In this document: positions 59,489 to 64,000 of the stretch, piece by piece | Numbering within the stretch: the first letter of the stretch is position 1 | How the letters are laid out: each line of letters opens with the position of its first letter | From: Paramoeba atlantica | Taxonomy: Eukaryota; Protista; Discosea | Direction: 5' to 3' | Length of the DNA: 64,000 nucleotides | Assembly: GCA_977017575.1 (NCBI GenBank) | Contig: CDRNVI010000002.1 | Coordinates: 62,001-126,000, forward strand | The notes under the pieces: generated by a model | Databases searched by the model: none | What the model saw: only the letters and a program-made list of their open reading frames with translations | What the model was told of the DNA's origin: nothing | Made by a program: the position numbers and the translations under genes

Positions 59489-59996
59489 GAAAAGATAGTC
59501 TAAATTTTAGACTCTAAAAGACAATGGAGTAAACACTCGAGAATTCGGCCTCTAATTTACGAAGAAATCGCATACAATTTTCGTTCCAAACCTAGGAATA
59601 ACAAAGAAAGTAGGAGTGCTTCTACGAATACCAGCCGCACCAATCACTAAAGCTACACAAACTACTACATAAGATGCACTTCAGTGGTCATAAAACTATT
59701 GGTACATAATCGATGTTTAGTCCCACGAATTAAACAACGAATATTAAGATAAAATAAGCCGTTCAAATTATCAGACTTGTCTAATTATCATTGTCTAATT
59801 ATCAGACTTGTGTAACTATTGTATCCTGCTTCAAAGCATAATAATTCATCAATTTTAAAAGTGACTGAAGGGAAAACATACGAATCTATCATAATCTATC
59901 ATATTCTGAAGACGTAGATGTTCACATGATATTGTTTATTAGAATAGAAATGCAAAGAGGTGCGAAAAGGTGTTCTGTATCATGATTTTTCCATCT

Positions 59997-60491
59997 TCAC
60001 ACTCCAAGTGTGAGATTTAACCGATCAATGCTTCTGGTTTGTTGAACATTTTGGTACTGTAATTGACGAATGTACTCTTCTTTCGCTCGAATCGCCTGAT
60101 TCCCCTTATTCTCTAAACGGGTGATTGAGGCCTGTACATCCTTTAACGATTTTTCAATGTTCTCCGCATGAGATGCTTGAGCATCTCTGATAATTTTATA
60201 ACATTTTGATCGATGATGTACGTTCAACAATAACAAAGCGACGGCAGCGCTACAACCCATAATGGCACAAGGCCGATACTCCGTCCGTTTCATCAGAAAT
60301 GGTAATGATCTACCCACCGCTAAGCTCGTAGTTTTGACTGCACCACACTGGAACCAGAACTCTATAACGGCTCGTTTCCAGAGTTCCCTTGTAGCAGGAA
60401 ACTTATTGCTCATATCTTTGAATGATAGTAGTACGTCAACTAATTGAACAGTAGGTAGGTAAATACACAAAACTAAACCGATACTTATCAA
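59997..60491 (-). CDS. Hypothetical small membrane protein with C-terminal coiled coil
   Basis: TM-like segment AIMGCSAAVALLLLNV, then heptads; co-oriented with the array. Confidence 0.5.
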   Translation of the reverse strand: MISIGLVLCIYLPTVQLVDVLLSFKDMSNKFPATRELWKRAVIEFWFQCGAVKTTSLAVGRSLPFLMKRTEYRPCAIMGCSAAVALLLLNVHHRSKCYKIIRDAQASHAENIEKSLKDVQASITRLENKGNQAIRAKEEYIRQLQYQNVQQTRSIDRLNLTLGV

Positions 60492-60539
60492 TCTTTCATA
60501 TTCATACCCTCGACTTTGTTATTACTTTATTATATTACT

Positions 60540-61680
60540 TCCTATCCTTCAACTCACCCTCGCCCCATTTTCCCCTCCCATCTTCCCCTTCATTTCCACA
60601 ACTCCTCCACCGTCGGATACCACCCCTCCGGGCTCACCGACCGCTCCCCCGGCACCATACGCACCTGAGGCTCAATCCCCCCCAACTCCCTCATCTCCTC
60701 CTCCCCCAACATAAACCCCCCCACCTGCAGATTCTCCCGAATCCGCCCGGGGTGCACACTTTTCGGCACCACACACGTCCCCCGCTGGATCCCCCAGCGC
60801 AGCACCACCTGTGCGGGGGTTCGTCCCACCCTCTTGGCCACCCGCTCCACCACGGGGTGTTGCAGCAGGGACACCTTGGTCCCCTTCGCTCTCCCCCCCT
60901 CTCCCCCCTCTCCTTCCCCTACGGCAAACGCCGCAGCCCCGGTAGCCAACGGGGAGTACCCCACACAGTGTATCCCGTGTGTCGCGGCAAACGAAAGCAG
61001 CTCCGTTTGCCGTAACCCCGGGTGAAGCTCCACTTGGTTCACCGCGGGGATCACACCCCTCCCCCCATAATCTGTTTTAGTCTCCATAATCTGTTTGAGT
61101 TTGGATATGGAAAAATTGGAAACCCCGAGGGCTCGGGTTTTCGAGGAAGGGAGTTGGGTCATGGCGGCCCAGGTGTCGGGGAGGGAGGGCTGGGGTTGGG
61201 ACTTGGGCAACGGTGTGGAGTCAAGGGGGTTTAAGTTCACGGGCCAGTGGACCAGGTAAAGATCCAGGTAGTCGAGTTGGAGCTGGGCAAGGGTGTGGTC
61301 GAGTTGGGTGGGGATCGCCTCAGGGGGGTGGGTGTGGGTGACCCAGAGTTTGGAGGTAATGAAGAGGTCGTGTCGGGCGATGGCCCCGGAGCGGAGGAGT
61401 TGGGAGAGGGCGCGACCGACGGCGGGTTGGTTGTGGTAGATGGAGGCGCAGTCCAGGTGGCGGTAACCCGCGGCGATGGCGCAGCACACGGCGTCGTGGA
61501 CCTCGGACTCGGTGGCTTTCCAGGTCCCGAGGCCGAGCGCCGGGATGGTGGCGCCGGTGTTCAGACGAAAGGAGGGAAGGGGTGGTGGCGCACGGTGTGG
61601 ATGCGTTGCACGCAGTCGGTGACAAGGAGAGATGCGCAACATTCCGAACGGAAGAGGGATAGAGGGATAAACGGCTAGTA
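60540..61680. other. GC-rich island with central C-to-G skew switch (about 61100)
   Basis: 60661-60720 has 33 C and 4 G; 61141-61200 has 34 G and 8 C. AT-richer centre containing ccataatctgttt x2; the island extends into both UTRs. Confidence 0.85.
60590..61642 (-). CDS. Aldo-keto reductase (AKR1-like)
   Basis: GLGTW, GYRHLDCA..Y, LFITSK, LDYLDLYLVHWP, GVSNFS, NQVELHP, YSPL, VVPKS. Confidence 0.95.
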   Translation of the reverse strand: MLRISPCHRLRATHPHRAPPPLPSFRLNTGATIPALGLGTWKATESEVHDAVCCAIAAGYRHLDCASIYHNQPAVGRALSQLLRSGAIARHDLFITSKLWVTHTHPPEAIPTQLDHTLAQLQLDYLDLYLVHWPVNLNPLDSTPLPKSQPQPSLPDTWAAMTQLPSSKTRALGVSNFSISKLKQIMETKTDYGGRGVIPAVNQVELHPGLRQTELLSFAATHGIHCVGYSPLATGAAAFAVGEGEGGEGGRAKGTKVSLLQHPVVERVAKRVGRTPAQVVLRWGIQRGTCVVPKSVHPGRIRENLQVGGFMLGEEEMRELGGIEPQVRMVPGERSVSPEGWYPTVEELWK

Positions 61681-62274
61681 AAAAAGAAGATCAATCTTAT
61701 TCAGCTAATAAATATAAATATAAATTTTATAACCTAAACGAATGTGAATAATAGAAATTGTTCATTGGTTGCAGAAGACAATACACTTGCATGAATTTTA
61801 GGTGAGGATGAAAGAAGGAAGTTAGATAACACAGGTAGATCTTCGGATGAGTGCAATACCAGCATGTTATTACCCTAGCAAGGGCATTTAGTGTTTTTTG
61901 TCAGCACCTTTGTTCACACAGTACGTATCTCAACACCTACACCAATAGAGAGGTACACCAAGAACATCTCATCTCAAGCTTTCTGACATTTTCTACCAGC
62001 ATTCTATCGAAAACTTGAACGAAGAACCTTTTAACTAGAAAATGTACGTGTAGTTGAAAACTTTTTCGTGTTTTCTTGGCATTCCCATTGGCAAGCTCCT
62101 GGCCTTCTTTTTCATCAATTCGTAATGAACCCTCAGAGTCCCATCGCATGAGTCTCCTCAGATGTAGCCTCCTCAGATGAATGGATTAAATTTTACGCTA
62201 TACACAAGATATACACTACAAACATACTGTGTAGTCTCCGTACAAAAATTTGTGCTTCGCTTGTTTGTGTACGA

Positions 62275-64000
62275 TTAATGTGACGAAAATTTGGGAAGCT
62301 CCTGTTCAAAAGAAATGGTCTTGAGAGAGCTTCGAATTGTACATTTATCAGAATCTGAGAGTTGGCCTCGACGCTCCTTCAGCACAGCACAAATTGAGCG
62401 AAGGGGACTGCACCAGGTATCATAATCTGAAAGAGCGGAGTAAGATGCAATGCGCGAAAGCAACAAAACGAGTTCGGAATTGCTCAGGTGTTTCGCTTTA
62501 CGACTGGCAGATTGCAGCAAAATGAACAAAATACTCGGTTTTAAAGGAGTGTCAAGATTCAACAAGTCAAGCTGAGAGGTGAATGGCACGGAATCAATAG
62601 GAAATTCCGTTGCGGATGATTCTTTACTGCCCGGCACCTTACTTCCAAGTGTATGAAGAATAATATTCTGATGAGTGGTGCCCCAAGAAGAGCTATCAAT
62701 ACAGGCCAGGTTAGTAAAGAAAACGACCAATGCCGAACCGGTCGCACGTGCATAGAGATTACGAGCCTGTTTATAGAGCTTCTCAAAAAGTTGGATATCC
62801 TTGCTATGGAATTGTCGAAGAGCTTTTATGAGGTTAGCTAATTCGCGGGCTCGCATTGAAAAACTTAGCAACAGCATTCGTTTCTCAACTGCGACAAGAA
62901 TTTTAGCTGGAGCCCGAATACTTAAATGCTCAAAGCCATGTGCGACAGCATTGAGGTCGTGCGCGCTTGCGTTAGCGATATTACCTACTGTTAAATGTCG
63001 TGTTATAACTGCGCGCATTTCTGGAGGAGTCGTGTCATACTTTACGAAAACGCTCAACACTACCCCAGCGACGCGAACACTGGTATCGTTAACCGGCCTG
63101 GTTGCGAGACTACGAAGTAGGTGTGCAATCACAGGATGCTTCAAGAAGCCGAACTCAACTGCCGCGCTCAACAAGCAGCAACCCTCTCTAGAACTAAAAA
63201 GGGTGAATTCCATAGCTCTGTCAAATGCGCGCTGCAAAACAGCGCTCTCCGTGCTCTCCGAACATCGGAGGGCACTGAGATACAAAGATAATTCTCGTAC
63301 ATTGAATTGCTTTACGTGCGGGTCAAGGGTGTAAAATGCAACTTCTAGGGATTCCGAAGCAAAATTCAGTGTGTTCATACAGCTTAGTATATCACACCAT
63401 TGCCTAATATTTTTCATGTCCGTTCGTTCCACGGAAGATGCGTGTCGTAACGCTTTCATTATTTCTGATTGCACGGTAGGGGAAAGAGTAAATTTATGTA
63501 TGACTGCAATTTTTAGCAATGTATGCAATTGACCGCGCGTGAGCGCTCGACTTACACAGCTTTCCAATCCCCTCTTAACAGTATCCACCACCTTGTTAGA
63601 AAATGAACCGTGGTTCCATGTCAAACTTGCTCCTGCAATTTTCATAATGTGTTCTGTTGTAGCGAATCCTTCAATCGCCAACTTTTCAAAATGGGACAAA
63701 ACGTCATCAAAGTTTTTGGGAGCAAAGTCACCCATCAAGATTAAAGTAATAAAATTGACGCATTGTTCTGCCTGAAATTCGTTCGACAATTTCTTATTAA
63801 CTGGAGATGCCGCTAGATAAAGTTTGTTATAGGCGATTTTGTTATGTGTCACAGTTTTGTGAAGGAGCTTTAAACCTCGAAGAGCTGAAGTAGGATCCAG
63901 CTGATCAGCATTCCGAACGCACCATTGCAAAAGTTTTGGGGCAAGAGCGGAAACTTGTTCTTTATCAGTGTGCATTTCACAAACACCCAAAAGAACCTCA
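62275..64000 (-). CDS. OPR/FASTK-like helical-repeat protein (N-terminus beyond right edge of window)
   Basis: The frame is open to the window edge (gag gtt ctt ttg...). Repeats FNVRELSLYLSAL, ASAHDLNAVAHGF and MRARELANLIKAL. Confidence 0.55.
   Translation of the reverse strand, partial: EVLLGVCEMHTDKEQVSALAPKLLQWCVRNADQLDPTSALRGLKLLHKTVTHNKIAYNKLYLAASPVNKKLSNEFQAEQCVNFITLILMGDFAPKNFDDVLSHFEKLAIEGFATTEHIMKIAGASLTWNHGSFSNKVVDTVKRGLESCVSRALTRGQLHTLLKIAVIHKFTLSPTVQSEIMKALRHASSVERTDMKNIRQWCDILSCMNTLNFASESLEVAFYTLDPHVKQFNVRELSLYLSALRCSESTESAVLQRAFDRAMEFTLFSSREGCCLLSAAVEFGFLKHPVIAHLLRSLATRPVNDTSVRVAGVVLSVFVKYDTTPPEMRAVITRHLTVGNIANASAHDLNAVAHGFEHLSIRAPAKILVAVEKRMLLLSFSMRARELANLIKALRQFHSKDIQLFEKLYKQARNLYARATGSALVVFFTNLACIDSSSWGTTHQNIILHTLGSKVPGSKESSATEFPIDSVPFTSQLDLLNLDTPLKPSILFILLQSASRKAKHLSNSELVLLLSRIASYSALSDYDTWCSPLRSICAVLKERRGQLSDSDKCTIRSSLKTISFEQELPKFSSH

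Noticed and set aside
1-64000. CRISPR arrays, rRNA, snRNA/7SL genes, prophage or bacterial IS elements
   Set aside because: No repeat-spacer array or recognisable RNA-gene consensus was found; the transposase is of the eukaryotic pogo type.

Overview
Eukaryotic, intron-free, gene-dense DNA from a kinetoplastid. The ATP synthase subunit g is of the trypanosome type. All 30 protein-coding genes lie head-to-tail on the minus strand as one polycistronic-type array. Strong sequence divergence and short spacers suggest an early-branching lineage such as Perkinsela (inference, not established). Recognisable genes: PCID2/Thp1 (missed by the ORF track, runs off the left edge), Alba, SF3A2, DOLPP1, eIF3h, a DUF4807-like protein, BLTP1/Csf1, LPAAT, SPF30, MRE11, ATP synthase g, a Qb-SNARE, ARP6, DNAJC9, clathrin heavy chain, mt-EngB, an aldo-keto reductase and several mitochondrial helical-repeat proteins. 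Non-genic DNA holds: (1) an apparently intact pogo-type DNA transposon (56409-58254; TA TSD, 23-bp TIRs, DD39D transposase); (2) TA-flanked MITEs from other families and an 82-bp inverted-repeat pair enclosing a whole PPR-like host gene (Pack-type candidate), mostly within a repeat hotspot at 21.4-24.8 kb; (3) a decayed CRE-clade non-LTR retrotransposon 3' end plus a second orphan tail; (4) a dispersed, structured repeat of about 140 bp; (5) recurrent GC-rich islands of about 1 kb whose strand skew flips from C-rich to G-rich at the centre. These islands cross gene boundaries and distort protein composition, resembling an origin or bidirectional-initiation signature. No tRNA, rRNA or CRISPR array could be supported.
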